Positions 23,281 to 37,306 of a DNA stretch of 64,000 bases are shown piece after piece. This DNA comes from Geosiphon pyriformis uo1 (Eukaryota > Fungi > Glomeromycota): contig JAAOMT010000289.1 in assembly GCA_016748015.1 (NCBI GenBank), forward strand, positions 62,001-126,000. The letters are read 5' to 3'. Below the pieces are notes generated by a model. That model did not search any database. It had not been told where the DNA came from and saw only the letters and a program-made list of their open reading frames with translations. Every line of letters begins with the position of its first letter. Position 1 is the first letter of the stretch. Both the position numbers and the translations under genes were made by a program.

Positions 23281-25371
23281 CTAATCAATCCGATCCATAA
23301 ATCCAACATAAAAATCGTTCATGATCCTTTTGCTTGGGGGCAAATAGTTTGTACTTAAACGCAACACGAGTAATATCTCGAGACATACTTCTTCGGGATA
23401 TAGAAAACGCTCTACTGTCTTGTCTGCTTGCCACTGTGTAAGCAATCTATTAAATAAATGATAATTATTTAAGAACTATAATAATGAATAATTTTAGGGA
23501 TGTGAAAGATTACCTTTGAGCCGATTCACTCCCATTTTCTGCACAATCGATATATAATAACTTGAGAACTGTGCGAAATGAAAATTTTAAGATTATGAAA
23601 TGTATACAACCCGAAACAATTTGGAAACGATATTGATTCGACTAAGTAATTATTCCAAAAATCTTTTGGACATTCATGGAATTCAAACAACCATGGGGTT
23701 GGAGCAACGATATTTGCTTCAAAGCGCTATATCAAGATGCCTAAAAAACCAAAAAGTTATCTTTCTGAAGGCAAAGTGACAAAAAATATCCTCTTCCGTC
23801 TGCTCGACTTTGAATAAAAGCCTGAAATTTTGTTTCAATTGTAAAACCTCTTACCTTCTTTTGATGTCATTTTAGTAGGAATTATTTGATTATAATTAGC
23901 AACATGATTGGAAAACTTCTCCCATGCAGACAGTCCATCCAGAGCATTTGTCATTATCTTTGTTTCCCAAGAGAATAACCCAACCTATGATGTTTTAGAG
24001 ACGTTTGATTAATTATGAAGGTTATTCAGGGTATTTGTGACCATGTATACTTACCAGGAGGTAGGGCTTCCTTGATCTTCGCTCCTCAATAATAAATCGA
24101 TATGTAGCATGTGCTTTAGCAGCCTCCAAAAATTCCGTAGCTACAAAGGGGGCAAACCCATGTGTCTCTATTTTGGAACTGGTATTTAATTAGCGCAACA
24201 GAAGGATATGCGATAATATGCTACTAAAAAATACTTACCGAAATCCGAGTATCCCAAGTTCCATAGCAGTCATATATTTACTAAACTTGACCACAAGTAG
24301 CACTGGTACCGTGTTTGAAAATATTTATTGATAAACCAAGACTTTTATCCATAAAAGGGATTCTTATCCACGAACCTGGATCACAAGATGAAGTTGTTTC
24401 CTTTTCATTGCCTTCTAATGCATATAGTCCTTCACCTACGGGCCCAAGACATCTAGAGCAACTCAATGGTCGCCATTTCCTTGACAGTCCCTTTTCCCAC
24501 TATAGAAATGTTTGCAATGGGTGAATACCGATTTGAAAGGAATCAAGCCGGAATGCACCAACACCTATTTAATGATATTTAGACCGCAGTAATAGCACGC
24601 GCAAACCACTATATTGCGTATGATGATTTGGGTCACGGTCCCTTTATTTTAGGACAAGTAGTATCGACAGGGTATTAAATTCTCCAAATATCAGCCTTCT
24701 TACAAGTCCATATCAAATGATATTGCTCAATTCGCTCTCAATCAGTTTCCCAACAAATATCAAGACTCACTCACGTCAATATCAGGGGATCCGTCTTCAA
24801 GAACCAACGAATCGTTCAAAACATCTTTAGGGTGAACAAATATATATGTATTTCCAACCATTCCAACATTTTCTTTCGTGATAAACTCCCCAAGTTGAAC
24901 TTGCTGATAATCTTCTTGATGACACATCCAACAATCAATAAGTTCTAGCCAATGTTCCGAGGGCAAATCCATCATTTTAAGAAATGCGTTCGGTTTCACC
25001 AGTGATGCCTTACAAAATGAACATAAAATGTTCCTAAGTGTGGAAATTTCTGTTGCAGAAAGTGGGGGGAGAATATCCCCACCAATTGTTTGTCTGGTTG
25101 GCTTTTTACGAACATAGCTTCGAAGCTTTAGTTTTACGTCCAAACCATCAGCAGAGGAGATTATAGAAGGCTGTTGCGTTGCTTCTACTGTGTGAAAAAG
25201 GTTAAGCGTATAGGAAACATTGGTGTTCGGTTGTGCCACTTGTTCTTCCAGCGAAAGACACAAAGGGTAAATTCCAAGTTTGAGGGATGATATTTCCTTG
25301 GGTAGCCCAAGGGTAAGGTTTATGGACTGTATATTGATTAGAATCTCGGCAAAAACAGCTGGTTGCCCCAT
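23281..25371 (-). CDS. IPA1: HECT-like E2-binding (HECT_2) protein, yeast Ipa1 / human UBE3D family, multi-exon
   Basis: CSFC...DLPSEHWLELIDCWMCH signature; CSRC pair; C-terminal LRLSTNYLPPSKRIMNDFYVGFM. Confidence 0.85.
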
Positions 25372-25512
25372 TTGAAGCAAAGAAAAAAGGTCAGCTCAAA
25401 ATAAGCTATTAAATTCAACTATATGACTCATAACTCAATTAGGCTAGGCTTAATTTTGGAAATTTTTGCTCTTATGACCTTTTGTGCTTTAGAAATTTTA
25501 ATTATCAAAAGA
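25372..25512. promoter_or_regulatory. Probable compact bidirectional promoter (IPA1/MSF1)
   Basis: Only 141 bp between the divergent predicted start codons. Confidence 0.55.
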
Positions 25513-27318
25513 ATGATGCCTTTTGAAATTGAAAAATTTAGTAGTCTAGGAAGGTGCGTTTTCTTGAAAATTTATGCCCGACCTACGTTTCTTTCAATGA
25601 ATGCGAATATATCGCTTTCATTGAAAAATCATAAAAAACGCGTTCATTTCATTAATGAAGATCGACAAAGGTACTATTCTAGTGTGGCCGCCACTGACAA
25701 AGGTATATATAGAAATAATCTTGGTGCAATAATTATAATGATAATTTATCACCCACAATTCCCAAATATCGGATCAAACCGACAGACCTTCAATGACTGC
25801 TCTTACGTGCTCTCGCTTCAGCAGAGCCATTAATCACAAATGATACAGTGCATATCGAAGGTCGTTCATATCCGGTTGATGAACTTACCAACGTTACTCC
25901 TAGCATTTTGTTAAAGACGACACGACGCTTGCACTTGCACGTATCACATCCGATCTCGATATTGCGTAATCTTATTGAACAACATTATCCCAACTTTCAG
26001 CATTTGAATACGCTTAGTCCAATTGTAAGCACCGCTCAAAACTTTGATGATCTAGGATTTCCAGAAGATCACCCTGGACGAAAAACCACTGATAGTTATT
26101 ATATAAATAAAGATACTATGTTACGAACTCATACTTCAGCACATCAGCTTCAAGTTCTTCGATCAGGAGCCGATAAATTCTTAATTAGTGCTGATGTCTA
26201 TAGAAGAGATGAGATTGATTCAAGTCATTATCCGGTTTTTCATCAGATGGAAGGTGTTCAAGTGTTTGATATTGAAGAAGCCGAGGCTCAGGTTGCTCAA
26301 GACATTGCCAAAAATCAAGGACAAGTTTCATCGATGTCTCAAGTACAGACTGCAGATCCTACAGTTATTACCGAAAAGAATCCGATTCAATCATGTCATC
26401 CTATAGACGCGGGAAATGCTGTAGGTCAACATCTGAAACATTCACTAAATGGAATTGTGCGAACCCTTTTTAAGGAGGAAAAAGAATTACGGGTCCGTTG
26501 GACCGACAGCTACTTTCCTTTTACGAGTCCCAGTTGGGAGATGGAGGTCTTTTATGAGGGAAAATGGCTTGAAATTTGTGGATGTGGTGTTATTCTACAA
26601 GAAATAATGAATAATGCTGGTAATATAGTAGTCAAGTAATATGGTTCTTTCAAAAACGAAAACCCTGGTTTTATTAATTATTAAATCATTTTCACAGGAC
26701 GACCAAATCAAATTGGCTGGGCTTTCGGTCTAGGTCTAGAACGCATCGCAATGGTATTATTTGGGATTCCGGATATAAGACTTTTCTGGTCGCAAGATTC
26801 AAGATTTTTGAGTCAGTTCACCAACAATAAGATCATAAAGTTTCATCCATTTTCCAAGTATCCCTCCTGTATCAAGGATATCAGTTTCTGGCTCGGCTCT
26901 GGCGAGTTTCACGAGAATAATTTTTGCGATCTAGTGAGAGATATCGCTGGTGATTTAATAGAAGATGTGAAATTGGTAAGTAACTTAATTTTTTCTCCAA
27001 TGAAATTATTTCTATTCCTTCAACTAGAATAGTCTAATTTGATCATTAAATATATTGGTTTGTAGGTTGATGAATTTACGCATCCAAAAAACAAAAGACG
27101 TAGTTTATCTTATCGCATGAATTATCGATCAATGGATAGGTTCGTATTTTCTTGGTCTATTTTAAACTTTGATTCCTATTATACAAATATTTTACTAATT
27201 AATAAAGCCTTCCTTTTTCATGCTTTATCATAGAAATATTACGCACGAAGAAATTAATGAGATCCATGGACGGATTGGTGAAGAAGTCCAAAAGAAACAA
27301 GGCGTTATTCTTCGGTGA
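25513..27318 (+). CDS. MSF1: Mitochondrial phenylalanyl-tRNA synthetase (FARS2 type), 5 exons
   Basis: [15 protein letters not shown]; LRTHTSAHQ; [20 protein letters not shown]; [10 protein letters not shown]; [28 protein letters not shown]; anticodon-binding domain ...YRSMDR. The start codon and first exon (presequence) are inferred. Confidence 0.95.
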
Positions 27319-29759
27319 AGGCGTAATGCCAAGAATTGGTTGAAGATAGGTTATGACCTGGTAAACATGATTATTATTATTTTCATTTTCATTTCATCAG
27401 CATTCGAAGTATTTTTTCTGCTGCAAAAATATCCTTCCCACAAATCGAAATGGGATCATGAACCTACTATTATAACTTTGCAAATTAACAGAGTTGACGT
27501 TCTATGAACATATAACGTCATTTTCAACAATAGGCATTGGAAATTGGCTTCATTAAATTCATTTTGAGAGATAGGCAAATATCTTTGTAAAAATATTCTT
27601 AACAACTCAATTTTAAAGGAGCTTTATTTCATTAAATTCTTAAATTCTTAAAAAAACTGTCAATTTTTTTACTTTTACAATAACTGATTTAAAATATGAA
27701 AGATTTACATTTTATTTAATTTTTTGAAATTTATTTATATGATTTAAATATTAATTTTAAAAAAACAAGTCATTTTATTTTATATATTTATAGTTAATTA
27801 CAATATTATTTTTTAATTATAAGTTTTTTTAAATTTTTAAATTTCAATATTTATTTTATTTTTTAATAATGTAAAATAATATTAAATTTGTTAAAATATT
27901 TAATTTTAAAGTTTTAAAATTACATATGTTATTATATATGTACTTTATTATAATTATTATTAAATGTAAAAAACATATAAGTTATATTTAAAAAATAATA
28001 AAATACTTTTTTCTTATTAATTTTCAAATTACAAAAAAGTAAAAAGTTGTTAAAAAATTATCTTAAGAAAACAAACATATATTATGTTATTATTAATTAC
28101 TATAAGATTATCTTTTTTTTCTCTAATGAGATATACAATTAGATATTTTATATTATAATAATATGTTATTTATAATACATAATTATGGTATAATATAATT
28201 ATCTTAACTTATTATATTGTTTTATTTATATAAAAATAACTATGAATTTGTGTCTAATCTAATATGTCTTTTATTTTCTAATTTAGCACATCTTTTATTT
28301 CTTAATCTATTATATCTTTAATATTGTATTTTTGATTTTATTTATAATTAAACTTTTCTAATATGTAAACTTTCTTAATTATATCATAATACAACAAGTT
28401 TTATATTTATAAAACTTCCACAAATTAACACCAGAAATTTTGCAATATATTTGAATGTTTTTTTCTGTCTTTAATAGTCATACTATAATTAATTTCTATG
28501 ACTTTTTAGATCAAATAATAATATAATAAATTATTTAATTTTAATGCAAGAATAAGTATATTAGTTTTGATTAGTGTTGTTTTTAATTTATGCTGGATTT
28601 TTATTTAATATATTACTACTATTCTCTTATTTAATAATCTAAAAGTTAGTTCAGTAAGTTTTTTCTAACTTTTTAGCAAATATTGGATAATTTTTTTTGG
28701 TGAATATCTTTGTTATTGAATTTAGTATATAGTATAATATTTTTATCAAAATTGCTGTTAGTAACCACTGCTATGCTAGTTCTCCAAGGAAAATTTTTGT
28801 TGTATTCCTATACTTTTGATTGTGTTTTTCCTTAAGACTCCTGTGGAAATACTTTTTTTATCTTATATTAATATTAGACATCTGTGTTTTTTTGCTTATA
28901 GTAAAACAATATTTTATTTTTAGTAAATTCAAAGAAGATTAAAATAAAAAATAGAATTTAACAAAATTAGTATTTATAAAATAATCTTAATCAGAGATTA
29001 TTTTTCCAAAAATATAAAAAGCTTGTTCTGAATTTTTAAGTTATTGTTAATTTTGGCCAAGATATTACAAGTATTTTTTAAGTATTCTTATGTATTTAAT
29101 ATTTTTTTAATGTGTTTTTAATTTTGTTAAGCTTGGGCCTTATTTGTGCTTTTGTTAATATATTGAATGTTTCTACAATTATTTTTTCTCAATAAAAAGA
29201 TAATAATAAGAAAAAAAATAGTGGCTCTTTGAATTATTTACAAAAAACTAGATTATAAAGAAGAATGGTTTTTAATTCCATTAATCTTAGTATCAATGAA
29301 TAATACAAAGCTTGAAAGACATATTGTTCAGCTTTTTTTAAGATTATAATTCAATTTTGTTACTTTTTCTTTATTTTTGTCTAATTAATTTATTGTTTTT
29401 TATTATTCTTTCTTCTTGTTTGTTTTTTTTCTAATTAAAAAGCTATTATATATATACATATTTCGAGTTATACATAATTGTATCTATTTTAACTAATTAG
29501 TAAGTAATTATTAAGCTATTGGGTCTTCTATTTAATTGTGATTGCTTCTTGGTTTACTTGTTTGTAATTATATTAAATTGGATACATTTGTGTATGTTTG
29601 TGTATGTTTTGTACACTATTATGTATATGTCACATTTTCTAATTTTATTTATTAATCTGTGCTATTTATACTATTATTTAATGATTGGTTAATATATTAT
29701 AATATTATTATTTTTGATTTTTGTTAATTTTTATTGAGTAATATTATTTCTTCTTAAAA

Positions 29760-30378
29760 TTAAGCTCCATCAAAATTGATGTGTATTTTTCTAATACCAA
29801 TATCTAACATAAAGGTCTGTATACTTGTTTAAACTATTTGTTTTTGCAAGTTTTGAAATTTATTGTTAATAAGTCTTTCAATTCTATTAAAAATAAATAT
29901 GTTCATTTTATTTATTAACAATACTTTTGAACAATATTAAAACAGCATATAGAATCAATGTGCTGCCTTAAAATAGTGCTTAAAGTTGTTTTTTCTAGTT
30001 AGTTATTTAAACTTCTAAAGTTTTATTTTGTTGATTTTTTTGATATTTTTCTTGATATAAATTGTTTAAAGATCTAATTATATAGTTATTATGAAGTATA
30101 TATAGCAAAAAAAAGCAATTAAGTTTTTTTTTTTGAATATTGTATTTCTTAAGAATTGGAATTTTTCTATAATTTTATTAATTAATATATTAGTGTTTTT
30201 TTGTTTTTTATAATAAGAGTTAAAATAATTTGTGTTTGGTTTATTTTTTTGTGTGGCTAGATTTTTTTTTATATGATATTTTAAAATTATTAAGGATAAT
30301 TTCTAATAAGAAATTATTTTTTTGTAGTAGTTGAAATAAAAATTGGAAAGTATTTATAATATTTTTAGATATATTCAT
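29760..30378 (-). pseudogene. Accessory ORF3 of D
   Basis: MNISKNIINTFQFLFQLLQKNNFLLEIILN ... RKNNFKHYFKAAH*FYMLF*YCSKVLL...NRIERLINNKFQNLQKQI. Confidence 0.75.
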
Positions 30379-31106
30379 AATAAAAATAAATATTAAATAA
30401 ATATTAAAATGAATTATTTTTATGTATCAAAATTTTAAAAAGATTTTTTTAATAGTTTAATGTTTCTAATTTTTCTAACTATTTTTAAGATTGGTTTAAT
30501 TTTTTTTAAATGTTAATAGTAATAATTCAAATGTAATTAATTAAATTAATTGTTTTTTAGATAATGTTTAATAATTATTATTGGCTCCAAGTGTTATAGA
30601 ATTTGGTTAAGAGACACAATTGATATATGTATTTCTAATTTGGGCATTAACAAATTAGATAATTGTTGTTAATAGTAGATTTTTAATCAGTTATTATAAG
30701 CAACTTTTTTCAAAATTTTATTGCCTAAATATAACTTATATGCTCTATTACCTAAAATATTATGGACATAAAAAAGTTTATTTTATTTGTTGTTAAATTT
30801 TTTACTTAATTTTTTATTGTTGAGACTACTCTTTAACAATGTGATATTTTATTACTTATTTTAATATTTAACAAATTGTTCAGTAAAACAAAACTTAATG
30901 TAAAATAGTAATAACACATAATTTGAAAACCAGAAGTAATAAAAAAACTTAAAATAGTACTAACAAATAAGTAAAAAGTTATAAACAACATAATTCCAAA
31001 TAGTAATAAAAAATATGAAAAGACATACTTGAAATTTTGATAACAAGTATTTGGAGCATAGAAAAAAGAAAAAAAAGGAAGAAATGTAAAGAAAAAAACT
31101 AACTAC

Positions 31107-31805
31107 TGTTATAGGTAATTATTTAAAATGTTGGAACAAATAACAAACCTGTAACTTAGTGCTTAATAGCTAGTAATATTGATAATTTCTGAAGGTTTTG
31201 GAGTCTGAAAGTTTTGGTTAAGTCTTTTGTATAATGAACAGAGATTTAATTAATAATTTTTTCTATGATTTTTTTTTTAACATAATGGTCAGCTATGTCT
31301 TTCTGATAAGCTATCTTTAAATTTCTACTCTTATTCTCAGGTTTTTTACCAAGCTATTTTTAACATCAAATACTCAGTGCTTAATCTTTTTAATTAATTA
31401 GTAAACAGCAAATAAATAAATAAAAAAATAAAAAAAAACAAAAATAAAAAAAAAACAAGATATTAGTATTCTGTTAATAGCCATAATTAAAAGTTATTAT
31501 TTTAAATTAATATAAACTCTATTGAATTTTCTTGAAATTATTTTTTTTGTTTTTAATACTTTTACTATATATATATAATTTATGTTATATAAGATCTCAT
31601 ATTTTTTTAAGCAATATGCCTTATTTTTTTTAACAATGTGTTCATTGTTAAACAGTATACTATAATTTATTAACAATATGCTCATTATTAAGCAATATGT
31701 CATAATTTTCTAATATTGTGCTTACTTGCTAAGTTTTATTCTCCTATTGGTCTATTTTTTTATTTGTTTTTTTTATTTTTTATTTGTACTTTTTTATAAA
31801 TAATA
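31107..31805 (-). mobile_element. Solo LTR (C-like), TSD CTAC/CTGC
   Basis: TGTTA...TAATA termini; shares CTCCTATTGGTCTAT and AGCAATATG repeats with C LTRs; near-identical 4-bp flanks; no adjacent PBS or PPT. Confidence 0.7.
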
Positions 31806-34800
31806 CTGCTCACTATAAATTTATTATGAAAAATTGGCTTAGTATTTAACTAATATTTTTTTGAGCTGAAAAAAAGACTGTATATATAATTAAATTATAT
31901 TAGATTTATATACTATATTAAGACTATTTAAGATACATTAATTATTTATATATTTTAATTTAATCAATTTATAATAAACTTATTTGGTATATTATTTTTT
32001 CAAGAACTAGTAATTTTTAGATAATCAGATTTAGATGGCTGGATTTAGAACATTAATTGTAAATCAATAATATCAATTGTAATTATAATCAACATAATCA
32101 AAAATAGATCAATTAATTATATTTCTTGGTAATCATTTTTTAATTATTAATTGCAGATCTAAAATGTTAGATTGTTTTAATAAGAATATATAAGAATCTT
32201 GGAGCATAACAAAATCTATTGTTATTAGATTACATATGTTAATTGTTTATTTTTATTGGTTTTTTTAGTTTGCTAAGATTTTTTTGTATTTAACTTGGTT
32301 AAATTATTAGATTATGCTATATTTTATTGTTGTAATTGAATTAATTACTGATTATTTATTTTTAGATTGTTAACTGATTTTGTTAATTAAGTGCAATTAT
32401 ATAAACCTTTTTTACATAATTTTAATACTAATTTCTATTATATATGTTGTAATTTTTACATTTTTTAATGTAAAAATCTTCTAATAATAATAATAACTGC
32501 AATATATTAGTTCTTTTTAGTAGTAATAGTTAATGGTCTTATTAAATTAATTTCTACTTTGTCAAATAGTCCTCTTATTTTAATAGATTATAATAATTTG
32601 GTTGCATTTAAATTTTTTTTTTTGACATATATTACAATTGCAAACATATTAAATAATATTAATATGTATTTTTGGCTAGTAGTATTAATTAGTTGTTTAC
32701 TAAATTGTGGCTTTTTTTGCAAAGTGTTCTGTATTTGGATCTGAGTATATATTGTAGAAAATAATTTTTTTTTAGTTTTAGTAATTACTTGGAATAAATT
32801 ATGTTGGTGGTATTAGTATAGTCTATTGTTTTCAATTAAGTAATATTTAACTTGTTTTTGAATTTTTGTTTGTTTTTTTAATAATAATTTTGTTGGTAAT
32901 TGGAGAATTATAAGATAATATATCAGGTATTAATGTGTTTTGGTGTTTATTTTGATCATGTAGCAAGTAATTTTTGATGGTTATATATGTTTTATTTAAG
33001 ATAAACAGTTTGTATTTGTGTTCTTGGTTCTTTTTTTGTAAATAATGTTATATATATAAAATTGTAAAATAGTAACTCATTTGGCATAATATCTTTTTAA
33101 AAGATTTTTGTTTATCAATCAAATAAGTCTTTTGTAATCTGTAATAATATTGAATAAGTTATGTAGCAAATATTGTTTGAAATATTTTATGGTCTATACA
33201 ATTACAAAACATTCTATTTTATAAGCTACATAATTTTTTTTGACTTTTGCTAACATATATAACTATGTATTTTTTTTATCTTATTGTGATAATACAGCAC
33301 TTAGATTTGTTTTAAAGACATTAATTGTAAATACAAATTTTTTAGTAAAGTTAAATATACTAAGATAAAAGTTTTAGTAAGTCTTTGCTTTAGGTAGTTA
33401 ATACTTATTCTTGTTTTTTACTTCATTTTTGTGTTATATTTTTGGCTAATAATTAATTTAGCAATTAAGCCACTGTTAAGAAGTCTTTAATAAATCTTTG
33501 ATAATATAAAGTGAATTTTAAAAATTCATGAAATTCAGTTAGATTCTGAAAGCAAAGAAAATTTTTGACTTTCTCAATTTTTATAGAGTTGGGTTTTATT
33601 CTTTTTTTTTTAATAATATGCTTTAAAAAGACAAGTTGTAATTTTCTAAAGAAGTATTTTTTGGGATTAAGTTTTAGTTTAATAGTCTGAAGTTTTTCAA
33701 AAACTTGTTGTAAATATTTAAGATGCTTCTCAAATATTGGCAAAAACACATTTGTGTTGTTTAAATAGACTACTACAGATTTTCACAAAATTTTAATATA
33801 GACAATATTCATTAGCCATTAAAATATCACAGAAATATTGGTTAATCTAAATAGCATTATATTAAATTTATAATTATTATTTTGAATTGTAAACATAGTT
33901 TTTTCTTAGTTGTTAGAGTTTATAATTACTTGTTAATATTTACTAGCAAAATCTAAGGTTGAAAACCATTTGAATTTTTCTAGAATATTCAAAATTTTAT
34001 TAATTCATAATAAAAGATAAACATTTTTTTTAGTAACATTATTGAGTTCTTTATAGTCAATACAAAATTGGATTGTTCTATTTTTTTTTTGTACTAAGAT
34101 GACAAATAAAGACCAAAAACTTATAAAAGATTATATAAGCCCATTTTTTAACATTCAATTGACTTTTTTTTTTGTAAAATTATGTTCAGATGATAGTACT
34201 TAATAAATATATTGCTTAATAGATAATATATTTTTTGTATAAATCTGATAATAAACCAAATTGGTTTGTCCAAACTTATTTTTTTTGGCAAAAATGTTTA
34301 AATATTTTAAGATAAATACTTTTAATTGTCTTTGTTGTAAAGAGTTTAATGATCTAAAATTAAGCTTAATTAATTCTTTACTAATCATTTAATAGCATTT
34401 AGTATTTGGTCTTAATAGGTTTAGTTTAGTTTTATAATATAATACCAACTGGAGAAAATCAAAAATTTCCTAAAATTCATGTTAATTAATAATGTTTATG
34501 TTCAGATATCTTAAAATTATATTTTTAGATAAGTATATAGTTTTTTTAAATAAGTTATAAATAGATATTTTTATTTGCAAATAGCTATAATATAATATAT
34601 ACAGATTAATAAAACCAATTAGAAATTGTTTACAAAAAAAAATATGCAGTTTGAATAAAAAATTTGTTGTCTTTTTATATGTATTAAATAAGTATATTCT
34701 AAATGATAAGATTGTAATTATTTTATTGATTCAAATTATGTCTAAGTTTTTCTGTATTGTTTATATGTAGTCAACAAATAGTGTAATTGTTTTCATAAAA

Positions 34801-35473
34801 CCAAAATCTTGGGTTTTATGTTTAGTCTCTTTTAGTTTTTTTAGATCTTAGTGATAATTAATCTGGTAATTCAAAGTAAAGATAAAAAAATTACTTGTGT
34901 AATTCTTTTTTTTAATTTAATTACATATAATTGATTTAATTTGTTGTGTAATAAAACTATAAAATTTTTTGTGTATTTGAAGTTTATAATTTCTCCTTTA
35001 ATATTAATTTTTTTCTAACTAAATTAGATTGAGAGACTATTTGTATTATGGTTTCAATTGGTATTTTAAACATTATTTTTAGGTCAATTCTGGTAACAAC
35101 AAATGGTTTCAACATTAGTGTTTGATTTTTGGAATATTAGAAATCAAATTCAATATTAGTTAAATGTGTCTATTCTGAAAAAATTCTTTAATTGCTGTTA
35201 ATAAAGCATTTAATGTTTAATTTTTGTTAAAAATTAATAAAAATATGCAAGTTATTTAATAGCATGTCTAGTGTTTGTAAGATTATATCTTTTGCTTTAT
35301 GGTTTGAATAATTTTCAAATTAAGCTGTTTTTTTAAATAATTTAAACTGGAGTTAATAATTAAAATATCATTGTAATTAACAAAAGATTAAGCAGTTCTT
35401 ATACAAATAAGTATTTATCTGTACAAGATATTGTTTCTGTTCTTTTTGTATTGGACAAAGTTCTTAATAATAA

Positions 35474-36478
35474 TATTACAAATTAACTTAATGGGGTATG
35501 GTAGTAACATTTGGTGCTCTAATTTAGTATTCTAAGATTATATGTTTTCCACAGGATTAATGTTTATTAGTCTCTGAAGGTTTTTTCTGGATAAGAATTT
35601 ACCTGTTGAGTTCTTTGGTTATAAGGCACAAAGTTTGTCTTTCATCAATTATAATGTTTTCCATAAATATGAGCTTTCTTTTTCACGTTAATGAGTGCAG
35701 TCATTAGGGTTCAGTGTTGTCTTGTCATCCTTTTGGTAAGCTACCAAGATAACATTAATATTCAAAACTTAGGGGGAGCTTCTTTTTTTTACCAGGTTAT
35801 TACAAAGTCTATTTCAAGACAGTCAATTTTTCTATGTTGCTGCTCCAAACAAAAAAAAAAAAAAAAAAAAAAAAAGAATTAGTTTCTATCAATTGCTGTG
35901 ATCAAGAGTGATTGGTCCAAATCATTAAAAATTCAAGGCATTTATGCTAATGGCATCTGTCTTGGAACAAAGATAGGAAATACTGATTTTAATTTCAATT
36001 AAAATCCATAAGGTTGGAAAACATGAATTGGTAAATTGGATTTTGTGTTTTTGATAATTATTGTATTTCGAACTATGAATATATAATAAGTAGAATACAA
36101 AGTAAAATTAATTTCTAATTAACTGTCTAACTAACTGTCTTTTCAACTTCTATAACTATTTGCTTTTATATATTCTTTTGGTTTTACAGGATTGTTTTCA
36201 ATTGCTTTACTATTGCTAGCTATTGTTTTGTTATTGTTAGCTATTGCTCGTTATTGCTAGCTATTGCTTGTTATTGCTATTTATTGCTTATTATTGGTGA
36301 CTATTGCTCGTTATTGCTATCTATTGCTTGTTATTGCTAGCTATTGCTCATTATTATTAGCTACTGTTTGTTATTATTTGCATTTGTTTTATGTTATTTC
36401 GAGTTGTACTGCATTTTTTTTGTCACATTTTTTTGTCACATTTTTTCATAGCTTTTTGGTTTTTCTACTTAAGTAACA
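35474..36478 (-). repeat. 3' LTR of A1
   Basis: TATTAC...AGTAACA termini; homologous to the N and A2 LTRs. Confidence 0.9.
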
Positions 36479-36489
36479 TTATTTTTTTC

Positions 36490-37228
36490 TTTTAGAATTG
36501 AGCTTCTGCAAAATCGTATGTATCTGTTCCTATGTCTTTATTTGTGTAATGTTTGATGGTTGCATTGAGTATTGTTTTTTGTAGGTCTTTGAACTGTCGA
36601 TTGGTAATTCATCCTATGTTGTTAACTGTTATTGTCTTTATAGATCTATACAACAGTATGTTTGGACAGTGTTGGAAAGTGGTGTATAGTTGGTATGCTG
36701 CTTTGTAATATAGGTTTAGGTTCTTCTTCCTATGAATTTTTCTACTTGTTGTATTGCTTCTTTGTTGAAAGTTTTCTGGCTGAAGTCTCTATATAGTGTT
36801 TTTAAGTTTAATTGTTCACTTACTTTGTAGAACCAATAAGTTGGAGGAAGTTTTTCTTTTTATTCCTTTGTATTGTCTGGTGTCCATTCTCCTGTTTTAG
36901 AGAGATTGATCTCATAAGCTAAAGCTTCTTTGATTTCTTCCAGCTCAGGAACCAAGTATCTTCTTTTATAAACTTTTTCTTGTTCCTTCATGCTTTCTTT
37001 AAGCCCTGTTCAAGACAATTTAATTCTTTTTTGTAAAATTCTTTTCTCAGGTAGGGTGTAGGAATAGGAACAATTAGTTTTAATTAAACTCACACCTATT
37101 CCTTTCTTGTTCCTATCTTTATAGCATATTTTTTTTCTATTAATTGTCACTTCTATTTGAGCAGAAAATTGTTGAATTGCATCAAATAATTGTTTTGAGA
37201 GTTGTAAAATTTGATCTGACAAGTCTAT
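36490..37228 (-). pseudogene. Accessory ORF3 of A1
   Basis: SDQILQLSKQLFDAIQQFSAQIEVTIN (ORF 37010-37222); nucleotide colinearity with 49559-50293. Confidence 0.8.
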
Positions 37229-37306
37229 GTTGAAAGTTTTATTGTTTCTTGCTGTTTTTCAGATGCTATATATATTTGAATTCCCTAATTTAATTTGCTA
37301 CATGTT

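Larger units (their letters stand above)
29063..35473 (-). mobile_element. Gypsy element D, most decayed (3' LTR, ORF3, broken integrase, RNase H, RT, dUTPase); left end uncertain
   Basis: LTR end GAGTAATA at 29743 with PPT 29744-29757; integrase C-terminus FYVHNILGNRAYKL (~30700-30790); RT ORF 33465-33749; dUTPase remnant ~34980-35170. Confidence 0.75.

Noticed and set aside
25423-25833. 136-aa ORF as an independent gene
   Set aside because: Best explained as MSF1 exon 1 plus read-through into intron 1.
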